Of a DNA stretch of 64,000 bases, positions 45,900 to 55,039 are shown piece after piece (position 1 is the first letter of the stretch; every line of letters begins with the position of its first letter). The stretch comes from an uncultured Chloroflexia bacterium. GTDB taxonomy: Bacteria; Chloroflexota; Limnocylindria; Limnocylindrales; CSP1-4. The notes beneath the pieces are model-generated. The model did not search any database. It saw only the letters and a program-made list of their open reading frames with translations, and was not told where the DNA came from. The stretch is taken from positions 1,071,846 to 1,135,845 of the forward strand of contig CAVZKO010000005.1 of NCBI GenBank assembly GCA_963775855.1, written 5' to 3'. The position numbers and the translations under genes are program-made.

Positions 45900-46475
45900 A
45901 GGGGCTTCGGCCCCATTTCTTCGCGCATGACCGGCAGGTACTCGTCGCCGATCCGCTGGTGATCCTCGAAATGGCCGCGAAGACGGCGCAGCGCGTAGTG
46001 GAGCCGTGACTTCACCGTTCCCACCTGGATGCCAAGGGCGTCGGCCGTCTCTTGGAGCGAGTTCCGGTGGAGGTAGTACAGGACGATCACGGCCTGGTGC
46101 TTCTGCGGCAGCGTCGCGATGCCGTCCCGGACGATCAGGCGGAGTTCCTCTTCCTCGACCCGTTCTGCCGGCAGCTCGCCGGTCGTCGGGCACGGTCTGG
46201 GCCGTCGCCTCGTCGATCGGGCTGGCCACGAGGCGCCGCCGCGAGAGCCGGGAGTAGCAGAGGTTCAACGAAACCCGGTGCAGCCAGTGCAGGGGCGAGA
46301 TGTCCAGGCGCAGGGCGTGGCGGTGCTGATAGGCACGTGCGAACGTGTCCTGCAGGATTTCCTCCGCAGCCTGCCGATCACCGGTCAGCCCGTAGGCCGT
46401 CCGATAGATGGGGTTGCGGTACCGGGCGAAGAACTCCTCGAAGGCGTCGAGATCGTCGGCCTGAACGCGCCGCAC
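45896..46475 (-). CDS. ECF-type sigma-70 family factor (frame-broken near 46180)
   Basis: Region 2 (DLDAFEEFFARYRNPIYRTAYGLTGDRQAAEEILQDTFARAY) is in ORF 45405..46475. Region 4 (LYYLHRNSLQETADALGIQVGTVKSRLHYALRRLR) is in ORF 45896..46090. Confidence 0.8.
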
Positions 46476-46590
46476 CAGCGCAGCGTCGTGCTTCCTGATG
46501 GCCTCCGACTCTGCGCCTCCCGCAGTGTCGTCCGTGGTTCGATCTCCGTGCGCGCGGATCGGGGCCCCCGGGGCCTCTCTTGTCTACACG

Positions 46591-46621
46591 ATACGGGCGC
46601 TGCGTGCAAATGGTTCATTCC
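46591..46621 (-). promoter_or_regulatory. Candidate ECF-type (autoregulated) promoter
   Basis: Minus strand reads GGAATGAACC, 16 nt, then CGTAT, that is GAAC-N17-CGTA, about 115 nt upstream of the sigma GTG. Pattern match only. Confidence 0.35.
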
Positions 46622-46662
46622 GTGCGGGCGCCGCCCCTTGGGAGCCGCACCGTCGAGCCGGG

Positions 46663-48468
46663 TCAGGCCTTGACGAACCAGTCCGCGACATTCCATGTCG
46701 AGCCCCCCACGGGCGAGCCACCCACGACGTTGCCGATCTTCGGCGAGTGGAGCTCGACGGTCTCCGATACGTACAGCGGGATCTCGACGATCTGTTCGAC
46801 GTAGATTTCCTGATACTCGATCATGGCGTCCCGGATCACCGCCAGATGGACGCTCCCCGCGACCGTCTCGAGTGCGACGTCGATCCCCACGTTGTCGACC
46901 CGCGCGTCGTTTTGGCCGTCCGGCTCGAACTGGCTGCTGTGGTACTTGAAGTAGTAGTCGCCGGGATCGATCGAGGAGGTCAGGGAGTGGATCGCGAGAT
47001 CGAAGTTGCCCCGCTGCAATGCACACGGCGTCGCGCTGCTTGACCGGTCGTACGGCGCGAACAGGCCGGCTGGATCGACCACCGTCGTGACCGCCCTGAT
47101 GCCGACGTCGGCGAGAGCGGCCGTAACGAGCGCGGCGGTGTCGAGCCGCGTCTGGCGCTCCGTCGTGCAGATCTCGATTCGGGCCTCGAGACCCTCCTTC
47201 TCACGGATCCGGTCGCCGTTGGTGTCCGTCCAGCCCCCTTCCTCGAGGATCTGTATCGCCTCGGCCACATCGAAGGGCGGCACTGGCTGTTCGGCGTAGA
47301 ACCACGCGAGGGGATCGACATTGGTTGCCGGGACGGCGACGGTCCTGCCGAGGGCCTTGGTCACGAGCGCGTTCCGATCGATTGCCAGCGCGAGCGCCTG
47401 GCGGATCGTTGGATCGGCCATCGGGCAGCCCACCCCGCGGTCCCTGACCGCCCGGGCGGTCGAGCAGGTCTCGTCCGACCAGTTCGGTCGCAACGCCTCG
47501 TACGTCAACGAAGGTTGCGTCGCGACCTGGTCGCCCAGGTCCGCCAGCCCCGGCAGATCGACGTCCGTGAACCCGGTTGCTACGGTCACGGCACCCGCCC
47601 GATAGGCGGTAATCAGCGCGGCCTGGTCCGGGTACCACCGAAACGTCAACGAATCGAGATGGGCCGGCTTGCCGGTCCTCGGGCTGACGTAGGCAGGATT
47701 CTTCGCCATCTTGAGCTCGACATCAGGCGTCACGGTCTCGAACTTGAACGGGCCGCTCACGGGCAGCTTCGCGATCTCGTCGGGTCGGAAGCCCACCCCC
47801 TGGGTCTGCTGGTCCATCGGGATCGGCTCGAGGTGGTGACGGGGCAGCGGGGCCGACAGGAGCGTGAGATATCCCTCGTACACGGCGCCGAAGTGCCAGA
47901 TCATCTCGGTGTCCGACTTGCACTGGAGATCCTCGATGTCCTCGTAGCCCGCGGTGACGACACCGAAGTTGTCATCGTCGAGGACCCACTCCCACGTGTA
48001 CTTGAAGTCATCGCAGGTCAAGGCCTCGCCATCCGACCATTTGAGGCCGTCCCGGAGCCTCCAGTTGACGGTCATCACGTCATCGCCCTCGCCAGGCGAC
48101 TCGACGCCCCCGTTGTCGACCGTCGGGACCGCGGTCGCGAGATCCGGCAGGTAGCGGCGATCATGGGTGACCGTGACGAGCGTGGCCCAGGCCGCAGAGG
48201 CCACGGCCTGTTCCGACCCCTGGCCGAGGTAGTACGGGTTGAACTGATTGGCTTGCCGCCAATCGCCGATGACCGCCGCACCGCCGTCTGTGGCGGCTTC
48301 GGCCACGTACGCGGTCTGGGTCAGGTCGATCACGACCGCCGGCGCCGTGCTTGGCGGGATCGTCCCCGACGGACTGTGGCTCGCGACGGGAGAGGGAAGG
48401 TTGGCATCGCATCCCCCGATGATCAACGTGATCGTGAGCAGGCCGGCAACGGCCGACCGAGCGGCCAT
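46663..48468 (-). CDS. Orphan ABC substrate-binding lipoprotein, family 5
   Basis: I chose the ATG at 48468 (TGATG junction with the gcvPB stop). [20 protein letters not shown] lipobox. Intact family-5-like body. No permease or ATPase genes are adjacent. Confidence 0.85.
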   Translation of the reverse strand: MAARSAVAGLLTITLIIGGCDANLPSPVASHSPSGTIPPSTAPAVVIDLTQTAYVAEAATDGGAAVIGDWRQANQFNPYYLGQGSEQAVASAAWATLVTVTHDRRYLPDLATAVPTVDNGGVESPGEGDDVMTVNWRLRDGLKWSDGEALTCDDFKYTWEWVLDDDNFGVVTAGYEDIEDLQCKSDTEMIWHFGAVYEGYLTLLSAPLPRHHLEPIPMDQQTQGVGFRPDEIAKLPVSGPFKFETVTPDVELKMAKNPAYVSPRTGKPAHLDSLTFRWYPDQAALITAYRAGAVTVATGFTDVDLPGLADLGDQVATQPSLTYEALRPNWSDETCSTARAVRDRGVGCPMADPTIRQALALAIDRNALVTKALGRTVAVPATNVDPLAWFYAEQPVPPFDVAEAIQILEEGGWTDTNGDRIREKEGLEARIEICTTERQTRLDTAALVTAALADVGIRAVTTVVDPAGLFAPYDRSSSATPCALQRGNFDLAIHSLTSSIDPGDYYFKYHSSQFEPDGQNDARVDNVGIDVALETVAGSVHLAVIRDAMIEYQEIYVEQIVEIPLYVSETVELHSPKIGNVVGGSPVGGSTWNVADWFVKA

Positions 48469-49968
48469 CAGTCCGGGCACGGAGTCTGAGCGCCGGTCAT
48501 GCCGCGCCAGCGCAGGTTGGGCTGGCGCGCCGCCATCGCCTCATCTAGGCGGCGGACCGGGGCGGTGTGCGGCGCACTCCGGACGAGGTCCGGGTCGCTC
48601 TCGGCCTCGGCCGCGATCGCGATCAGGGCGTCGGCAAATGCGTCAAGGGTCTCGACCGACTCGGTCTCGGTCGGCTCGATCAGCATCCCCTCCTCGACGA
48701 TGAGCGGGAAGTAGATCGTCGGCGGATGGTAGCCGTGGTCGATCAGCCGCTTGGCGATGTCGAGCGTCCGGACGCCCGTCCGCTTCTTGATCGCGGCGGC
48801 CGATGCCACGAATTCGTGCTTGCAGGGTCGGTCATACGGGATCTCATAGGCCGTCGAGACGCGGGCCTTCAGGTAATTCGCCGCGAGGACCGCGTCATCA
48901 CTGACCTGGCGCAGACCCGAGCCGCCGTGGGCCCGGAGGTATGCATATGCCCGGACGAGGACGCCGGTGTTGCCGACGAAGCTCCGGAGCCGGCCGATCG
49001 ACGTCGGGCGCTCGCCCGGTCGTTCAAGGCGGAATGAGCCGTCTTCCTCGCGAAGGACGCGAGGGGCCGGGAGATACGGCGAGGAGCCGCTCCCCGACCC
49101 CGACCGGGCCTGCGCCCGGACCGCCGCCGCCGTGGGGCGTGCTGAACGTCTTGTGGACGTTGAAATGCATGACGTCGAAGCCGGCCTCACCGGGCTTGAA
49201 TCGGCCGAGGATCGCGTTGAGATTCGCGCCGTCCATGTAGGCGAGGGCCCCGGCCTGATGGACCGCGTCGAGGAGTTCACCGATCCGCCGCTCGAACAGG
49301 CCAAGCGTCGATGGGTTCGTGATCATGACCGCGGCAGTCCGCGGCCCGAGCGCCGCTCGGAACGCGTCGACGTCGACTCCCCCGTCAGCCGCCGACGGGA
49401 TGGTGATCGTCCGGAAGCCCGCCATTGTCGCCGTTGCCGGGTTCGTCCCGTGCGAGGAGTCCGGGACGAGGACCTCGTCGCGGGCGGTGTCGCCGCGACT
49501 GCGGTGATATGCCCGGATCATGAGGATCCCGCACAGCTCGCCCTGGGCGCCAGCTGCCGGCTGGAGCGTGACCGCGCGCATGCCGCTGACCTCGGCGAGG
49601 ATCCCCTCGAGCTCCCACAGCAACTGGAGCGTGCCCTGGGCGATCTCGTCGGGGGCGAGCGGGTGGAGCGAGGCGAAGCCGGGCAGGCGTGCTGCCCACT
49701 CGTTGAGCTTCGGGTTGAACTTCATCGTGCACGAGCCGAGCGGGTAGAAGCCGGTGTCGATCGCATAGTTCAGCTGTGACAGGTTGACGTAGTGGCGGAC
49801 GACTTCCGGCTCGTTGAGCTCAGGGAGGGCCGGCGGCGTCGCCCTGCGGGCGGCGGCCGGAACACGATCGAGCGCATCCTTGGGCGGGTGCGGAATCTTG
49901 CCGCCGCCCCGTCCCGGGCGCGATCGTTCGAAGATGGTGGGCTGGAGCCGCTCGCCGACGACGCTCAT
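48468..49968 (-). CDS. gcvPB: Glycine dehydrogenase (decarboxylating) subunit 2 (one frame break near 49050-49300)
   Basis: [32 protein letters not shown]-lysine region [18 protein letters not shown]-terminal [11 protein letters not shown]. The ATG at 49968 overlaps the gcvPA stop (ATGA). Confidence 0.9.
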
Positions 49969-51443
49969 GCCCGGACCCGCGTCGGCGCCGGCTGCGGCGC
50001 CGACTCCGGTGGCCGCTCCGCGCCGTGACGTCCGTGTCGCGTCCGCTCGGCGCCCGCGCCCGCCTCGACGCCCACCGGTGGGCGGCCCGACAGGATGTCC
50101 TCGAGGCCGGACGCGAACCGGGCGATCTCCTCGCTAGTCGTGACCTCCGTCGCGCAGACGAGCAGGGCATCGGCGAGGGATGGCTCGTCGGGCTCGATGT
50201 CGGCCAGGGCCAGGCCGGCCAGAACGCCACGATCGAGGAGCCGCCGGTGGACGTCCCTCGCGCTCGGGACGCGCACCGCAAACTCGTTGAGATACGGGCC
50301 CGGGTGAAGCCGCCCGACACCGACGCCCGCGAGGGCCGCCTCGAGCTCGGCGGCGCGGGCGGCCCCGAGCGCGGCGACATCGCGAAGCCCGTGCGGGCCG
50401 AGGGTCGAGACATAGATGCTCGCGGCGAGCGCGAGGAGCGCCTGGTTCGTGCAGATGTTGCTCGCGGCCTTGTCGCGACGGATGTCCTGTTCGCGGGCCC
50501 GCATCGTCATGACGAAGGCGCGCTTGCCATCTAGGTCGGTCGTCATCCCCACGAGGCGCCCGGGAATCTGGCGGACGAGTGCATCGGTCGAGGCGAGCAG
50601 GCCGAGGTACGGCCCGCCGTACTGGGGCGCGATCCCGAGGGGCTGGCCCTCGCCGGCGGCGATATCGGCGCCATATTCACCGGGCGGCGCCAGGACCGCG
50701 AGCGAGACGGGCTCGACGACCGCCACGAACAGGGCCCCGGCGTCGTGCGCTAGCCGCCCGATCTCGGCCATCGGCTCCAGCAGCCCGAAGAAATTCGGCT
50801 GACCGGCGACGACTCCGGCCACCGGCCGATCCGGTTCGGCCAGGAGCCGCTCGAGCGCCGCCAGATCGGTCGTCCCGAACTCCGGTCCGTCGCCCACGAC
50901 GGGGATCTCCTCGACCTCGAGGCCGCCCCCGAAGTAGGCCTGGACAGTCTGGCGATAGTGCGGATGGACGGCCCGCGAGACGAGGACCCGCTCGCGGCGG
51001 GTCGCCCGACAGGTCATCAAGGCCGCTTCCGCCGTCGCCGCCGCGCCGTCGTAATGCGAGGCCGAGACCACGTCGAGAGCCATCAGCTCGGCGATCAGCG
51101 ACTCGTACTCGTAGATGCTCTGGAGCGTCCCCTGGCTGATCTCGGGCTGATACGGCGTGTAGGCCGTGTACCACTCGCCCCGCAAGAGGAGCTGGTCGAC
51201 GGCAGCCGGGGTCCAGTGGCGATAGACGCCGGCGCCCAGGAACGAGGCGAGATCCGTCCGGTTCTTGGCGGCCAGGCCTTCGAGACGAGCGGCGAGCTGG
51301 AGCTCAGGCTCGGGATCCGGCAGATCGAGCCGGCTGGCCCGCAACGGCGCGGGGATGTCCGCAAACAGCTCGTCGACGCCGCCGATGCCGAGGGTCGCGA
51401 GCATCCGCTCGCGGTCTTCGTCCGTGTGGGGTCCGTACGGCAT
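49965..51443 (-). CDS. gcvPA: Glycine dehydrogenase (decarboxylating) subunit 1
   Basis: Uninterrupted 492-aa ORF: FLGAGVYRHWTP, YTPYQPEISQGTLQ, NFFGLLE, SNICTNQAL. About 40 extra C-terminal residues relative to what I expect for this family. Confidence 0.9.
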   Translation of the reverse strand: MPYGPHTDEDRERMLATLGIGGVDELFADIPAPLRASRLDLPDPEPELQLAARLEGLAAKNRTDLASFLGAGVYRHWTPAAVDQLLLRGEWYTAYTPYQPEISQGTLQSIYEYESLIAELMALDVVSASHYDGAAATAEAALMTCRATRRERVLVSRAVHPHYRQTVQAYFGGGLEVEEIPVVGDGPEFGTTDLAALERLLAEPDRPVAGVVAGQPNFFGLLEPMAEIGRLAHDAGALFVAVVEPVSLAVLAPPGEYGADIAAGEGQPLGIAPQYGGPYLGLLASTDALVRQIPGRLVGMTTDLDGKRAFVMTMRAREQDIRRDKAASNICTNQALLALAASIYVSTLGPHGLRDVAALGAARAAELEAALAGVGVGRLHPGPYLNEFAVRVPSARDVHRRLLDRGVLAGLALADIEPDEPSLADALLVCATEVTTSEEIARFASGLEDILSGRPPVGVEAGAGAERTRHGRHGAERPPESAPQPAPTRVRA

Positions 51444-51447
51444 CGCC

Positions 51448-51828
51448 TCAGCCTGCCGCGGTCAGCGCGTCGTACGCCTCAGCGTCGAGGAGCTCGTCGA
51501 CTTCCTCCGGCTTGGCGAGCTTGATCCGGATCATCCAGCCGCCGCCGTGCGGGTCGGCATTGACGAGCTCCGGCGAACCGGCCAGGGCCTCGTTGGTCGC
51601 GAGCACGTCGCCTGAGACCGGGGCGAACAGGTCGCTGACCGCCTTGACGGACTCGACGACGCCAAAGGTCGCGAACTGCTCCAGCGTGCGGCCCGCATCC
51701 GGTAACTCGACGAAGACGATGTCGCCGAGCTGGCCGGCCGCGTACTCCGTGATGCCGACGGTTGCCTCATCGCCGTCGACGCGGACCCATTCGTGGTCCT
51801 TGGTGTAGCGCAGATCCGTGGGGACCAT
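51448..51828 (-). CDS. gcvH: Glycine cleavage system H protein
   Basis: 126 aa. YTKDHEWV and the lipoyl-lysine motif [18 protein letters not shown] lies 7 nt upstream of the ATG. Confidence 0.95.
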   Translation of the reverse strand: MVPTDLRYTKDHEWVRVDGDEATVGITEYAAGQLGDIVFVELPDAGRTLEQFATFGVVESVKAVSDLFAPVSGDVLATNEALAGSPELVNADPHGGGWMIRIKLAKPEEVDELLDAEAYDALTAAG

Positions 51829-51906
51829 CGTCGGACTCCTACTTGGTGGCGTGGCAGGCGGCCGGCGGGCCTGGAGCCTCGAGTGGTTGCGGGCTCCCTA
51901 GCGAGC

Positions 51907-51943
51907 CGGAGCGCGGCCCTCGGAGGACCGAGGCGACGCTCCG
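51907..51943 (-). other. Two-tier stem-loop in the gcvT-gcvH spacer
   Basis: Minus strand reads CGGAGCG-TCG-CCTCGG-TCCT-CCGAGG-GCC-GCGCTCCG, immediately after the gcvT stop. Confidence 0.5.
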
Positions 51944-53062
51944 CTAGCCATCGGTCCGACGATAGAAGGGCAGGCCGACCACCTCGGCGGCCACTCGCTG
52001 CTCGCGAATCTCCACGTCCACTATCGTACCCGGCTCCGCGTCGTCGGGCGCGGTGTAGGCCATGGCGATGGCCTTGCCGAGCGTCGGCGACTGCGTTCCG
52101 CTCGTCACGACGCCGGTCCGACGCGACCCGGAGTGCACGGCGTACCCGTGGCGCGCGATCCCGCGGCCCTGCATCGTGAGCCCGACGAGTTGCTTCGCCG
52201 GTCCGTCGCGGGCGACCCGCTCCAGGGCCGCTCGGCCGATGAAGTCGCCCGGCTTGTCGAGCTTGACGATCCGCCCCTGGCCCGCCTCGAACGGGTTCGT
52301 CTGCCTGTCGAGCTCGTTGCCGTAGAGGGGCATGCCTGCCTCGAGCCGGAGCGTGTCGCGGGCCCCCAGACCAACGGGCACGAGGCCGTGTCCGGTGCCG
52401 GCATCGGACAGGGCATCCCAGAGCTCGTGCGCCCGGGCGTTCTCGACGAACACCTCGAAGCCGTCCTCCCCGGTGTACCCGGTCCGCGCCACGAGGGACG
52501 GAATGCCCGCGACCGACCCCTCCGCGATCGCGTAGTAGCGCAGCGAGTCGAGGTCGATGTCCGTGATCGGGGTCAGGATGTCGACCGAGCGCGGACCCTG
52601 GATCGCGACGAGTGCCATCGCCAAAGACCGATCGTCGAGGACGGCCTTGAAGTTCGTCAATCGCTCGGCAAGCGCATCGCTGACGATCGGCGCATTCGAG
52701 GCGTTGGCGACGACGACGAACCGCTCCGGCCCGAGCCGGTAGACGATCAGATCGTCGAGGATGCCGCCGTCAGGGGCACAGATCATCGAGTACTGGGCGC
52801 GGCCCTCCTTCATGGCCGGTGGATTCGTGACGAGGGCGTAGGCGAGAGCGTTGCCCGCGTCCGATCCCTCGACGAACAGCTCGCCCATGTGCGACAAGTC
52901 GAATAGGCCGGCTCGCTCGCGGACGGCGCGGTGCTCCTCGAGGATCCCGGTGTATTGAAGCGGCATCAGCCAGCCGCCGAACTCGATGACCTTCGCGCCG
53001 AGCGCCAGGTGGCGATCGTGGAGCGGGGTCAGGTGGACCCCAGGGTCGACCGCGTTGGCCAC
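51944..53062 (-). CDS. gcvT: Glycine cleavage system T protein (aminomethyltransferase)
   Basis: TPLHDRHLALGAKVIEFGGWLMPLQY, LFDLSHMG, TGYTGEDGFE, ARDTLRLEAGMPLYGNEL. I chose the GTG at 53062, 1 nt after the Nudix stop; the track ORF extends to 53173. Confidence 0.92.
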   Translation of the reverse strand: MANAVDPGVHLTPLHDRHLALGAKVIEFGGWLMPLQYTGILEEHRAVRERAGLFDLSHMGELFVEGSDAGNALAYALVTNPPAMKEGRAQYSMICAPDGGILDDLIVYRLGPERFVVVANASNAPIVSDALAERLTNFKAVLDDRSLAMALVAIQGPRSVDILTPITDIDLDSLRYYAIAEGSVAGIPSLVARTGYTGEDGFEVFVENARAHELWDALSDAGTGHGLVPVGLGARDTLRLEAGMPLYGNELDRQTNPFEAGQGRIVKLDKPGDFIGRAALERVARDGPAKQLVGLTMQGRGIARHGYAVHSGSRRTGVVTSGTQSPTLGKAIAMAYTAPDDAEPGTIVDVEIREQRVAAEVVGLPFYRRTDG

Positions 53063-53063
53063 C

Positions 53064-53902
53064 TCAGGCGCCCTGCCGGGCGGGCGCTCCCTGGCCCGCC
53101 GAACCGGGCCGGCCAGCTGGGTCGGAGTGGCCGGCGGCGGCGATCTGGTCGCCAGCTCGCGCGACGAGCGCACGCTCGGTTTCGAACGTCAGGAGGTGCT
53201 GGGCCTCCGCGAAGCTGATCCAGCGGACCGCCTCGAACTCATGATCGTGGCGATCGAGGTCGCCGCCGATCTGCTCCATCAGGAAGTAATGGACGGTCTT
53301 GTGGATCCGCAGCCCACGCTGGACGAACCAGTATTCGATCGAATCGAGCGGGCCTGTGATCCGGACCTCGAGGCCCGTCTCCTCCCGTACCTCGCGGATC
53401 GCCGTCTGTTCGCGGGTCTCGCCTGGGTTGGGGGTTCCCTTCGGCAGGGTCCAGGTCACGATGTCCCGGTCGCGTCGACGCGAGCCGATGACGAGGTGCG
53501 GATCTCCAGACTCGAAGCGAACGACGATCCCGCCGGCGGATGTGGCGGTCGTGGTCCTCAGCCGCGCCACGGCGCCATGGCGGCGCTGGACCGGTGGTCC
53601 GTCCCGGCGCGGCCGGAACGCTCCCAGTGCATCGCGATCGCGGGCCGCGGTCGCCCGTCCGTGGCTCGCCGTGGCCGGGCTGCCCGGAAGGCGCGCCAGC
53701 CACCTCGGAGCCGGGCAAGCACGTTGCCGTCCGGGCGGCGGAGGACGGTGGCGCGGGTCGTCGCGGCCTGGAACGAGCCGGCTGCGCGAAGACCGAGATG
53801 CCGCTCGCGCGCCCGCGACGACGGGTGCACGAATCGGGCCGCCGAGCGGGCCGCGTACTTCGCGGCGATGCTGTCCTCCACCGGGCAATGGTACCGCGTC
53901 AA
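53064..53902 (-). CDS. Nudix hydrolase with an unassigned N-terminal extension of about 110 aa (at least one frame break)
   Basis: Nudix box GTPNPGETREQTAIREVREETGL in ORF 53064..53915. The TTG at 53902 overlaps the DUF2520 stop (TTGA) but is in the frame of ORF 53558..53902, so a frame change is needed. An alternative internal GTG is at 53570. Confidence 0.65.
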
Positions 53903-55008
53903 ACCGCCGTTGCAAGTGACGATCGAAGGTTCCCGGCAGCCTCCGGTGTCAGGGCGCCCCGGGCTTCCGCCAGGGCGATCTCTCGTTCGGCTGCGGCGAT
54001 GTACAGGTCGAGGACGCCGGGGGCGTGCTCGCGGAGCGCCGCCAGGTGGGCGTCGAGGGTCCCCCGATCGCCCCGGGTCATCGGTCCCGTCAGCGCCGCC
54101 TGGATGCCGAGGGCCCGTGCATTGCCCAGCGTCTGTTCGATCAAAGGCCCGTAGATCGCGAGGGCGCCGGCCTCGTCAAGACCAGCCACCCGCCCGAGCT
54201 CCGCGATCGCGTCCAGGAGAGCTACGAAGCCGCCGGCAGCAAGGACGGCAGCCGCGTGGTATGCGGCCTTGGCGCCGGGCGCGAGCCGGACCGGGATGGC
54301 ACCGAGCGCCTCGGCCATTTCGGCCAGCAGCGCTGCCAGCTGATCGTCGCCTTCGATCGCGACCGTCGCCCCGTGGAGGGCAGCGATCGCGCGCTCCATG
54401 TCGGCGAACGCGACGAGCGGATGGAACGACCCGATCTGTGTGCCGGCCGCCGTTGCGGGCGCCAAGACCTCCGGCCCGAGGACGCCGCTCGTGTGGACGA
54501 TCGCCTGGCCACCGTACATCCGGATTCCTGCCGCGACCTCGGCGACGGCGTCGTCGGGGACCGCGACGATGATGAGCTCGACCTCCTCGACGAGGGCCGT
54601 CGGCTCACTGAACGCGCGGCTGCCGTCGACCAGACTCCGGAACCGCTCGCGGCGGGTGGCGTCCCGGCTGGAGACCGCATGAACGCGCCAGCCGGCGCGC
54701 GTCAGGGCGACGCCGAGCGCCGTCCCCACCGCTCCAGCCCCGATGATTCCGATGACCGGCGGCTCGCCGCCCTCGCTCCGGACATGGGGATGCGGGTGGT
54801 CGTGCTCGTGGACATCCGACCCGTGCCGATGGTGGCCTGGTGGCAGCGGGTCCAGGTCGATCCCGGCATCCTCGATGGCCCTGATGGTCTCGGAGCGCCC
54901 GGCCGGTTCGTCACCGTTTGGATCCGACTTGCGCGGGCCCGGCCCGTTCCAGGCCTTCACCGGCCGCTGGACGGGGACGCGGCCCACTCGCGGTACTCTT
55001 CCACCCAA
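53899..55008 (-). CDS. Rossmann-fold oxidoreductase with DUF2520-type C-terminal domain and a His-rich N-terminal extension
   Basis: VIGIIGAGAVGTALG dinucleotide-binding motif, and a C-terminal LTGPMTRGD region typical of DUF2520 proteins as I recall them. The start is uncertain (TTG 55008 or internal). Confidence 0.7.
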   Translation of the reverse strand: MGGRVPRVGRVPVQRPVKAWNGPGPRKSDPNGDEPAGRSETIRAIEDAGIDLDPLPPGHHRHGSDVHEHDHPHPHVRSEGGEPPVIGIIGAGAVGTALGVALTRAGWRVHAVSSRDATRRERFRSLVDGSRAFSEPTALVEEVELIIVAVPDDAVAEVAAGIRMYGGQAIVHTSGVLGPEVLAPATAAGTQIGSFHPLVAFADMERAIAALHGATVAIEGDDQLAALLAEMAEALGAIPVRLAPGAKAAYHAAAVLAAGGFVALLDAIAELGRVAGLDEAGALAIYGPLIEQTLGNARALGIQAALTGPMTRGDRGTLDAHLAALREHAPGVLDLYIAAAEREIALAEARGALTPEAAGNLRSSLATAV

Positions 55009-55039
55009 CGAGTGTACCGACCGCAGCGACGGAGAACGC

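Noticed and set aside
53060-53220. A glycine riboswitch was expected upstream of gcvT.
   Set aside because: The Nudix coding frame runs to 1 nt before the gcvT start. The minus-strand sequence there shows none of the conserved glycine-riboswitch core segments.
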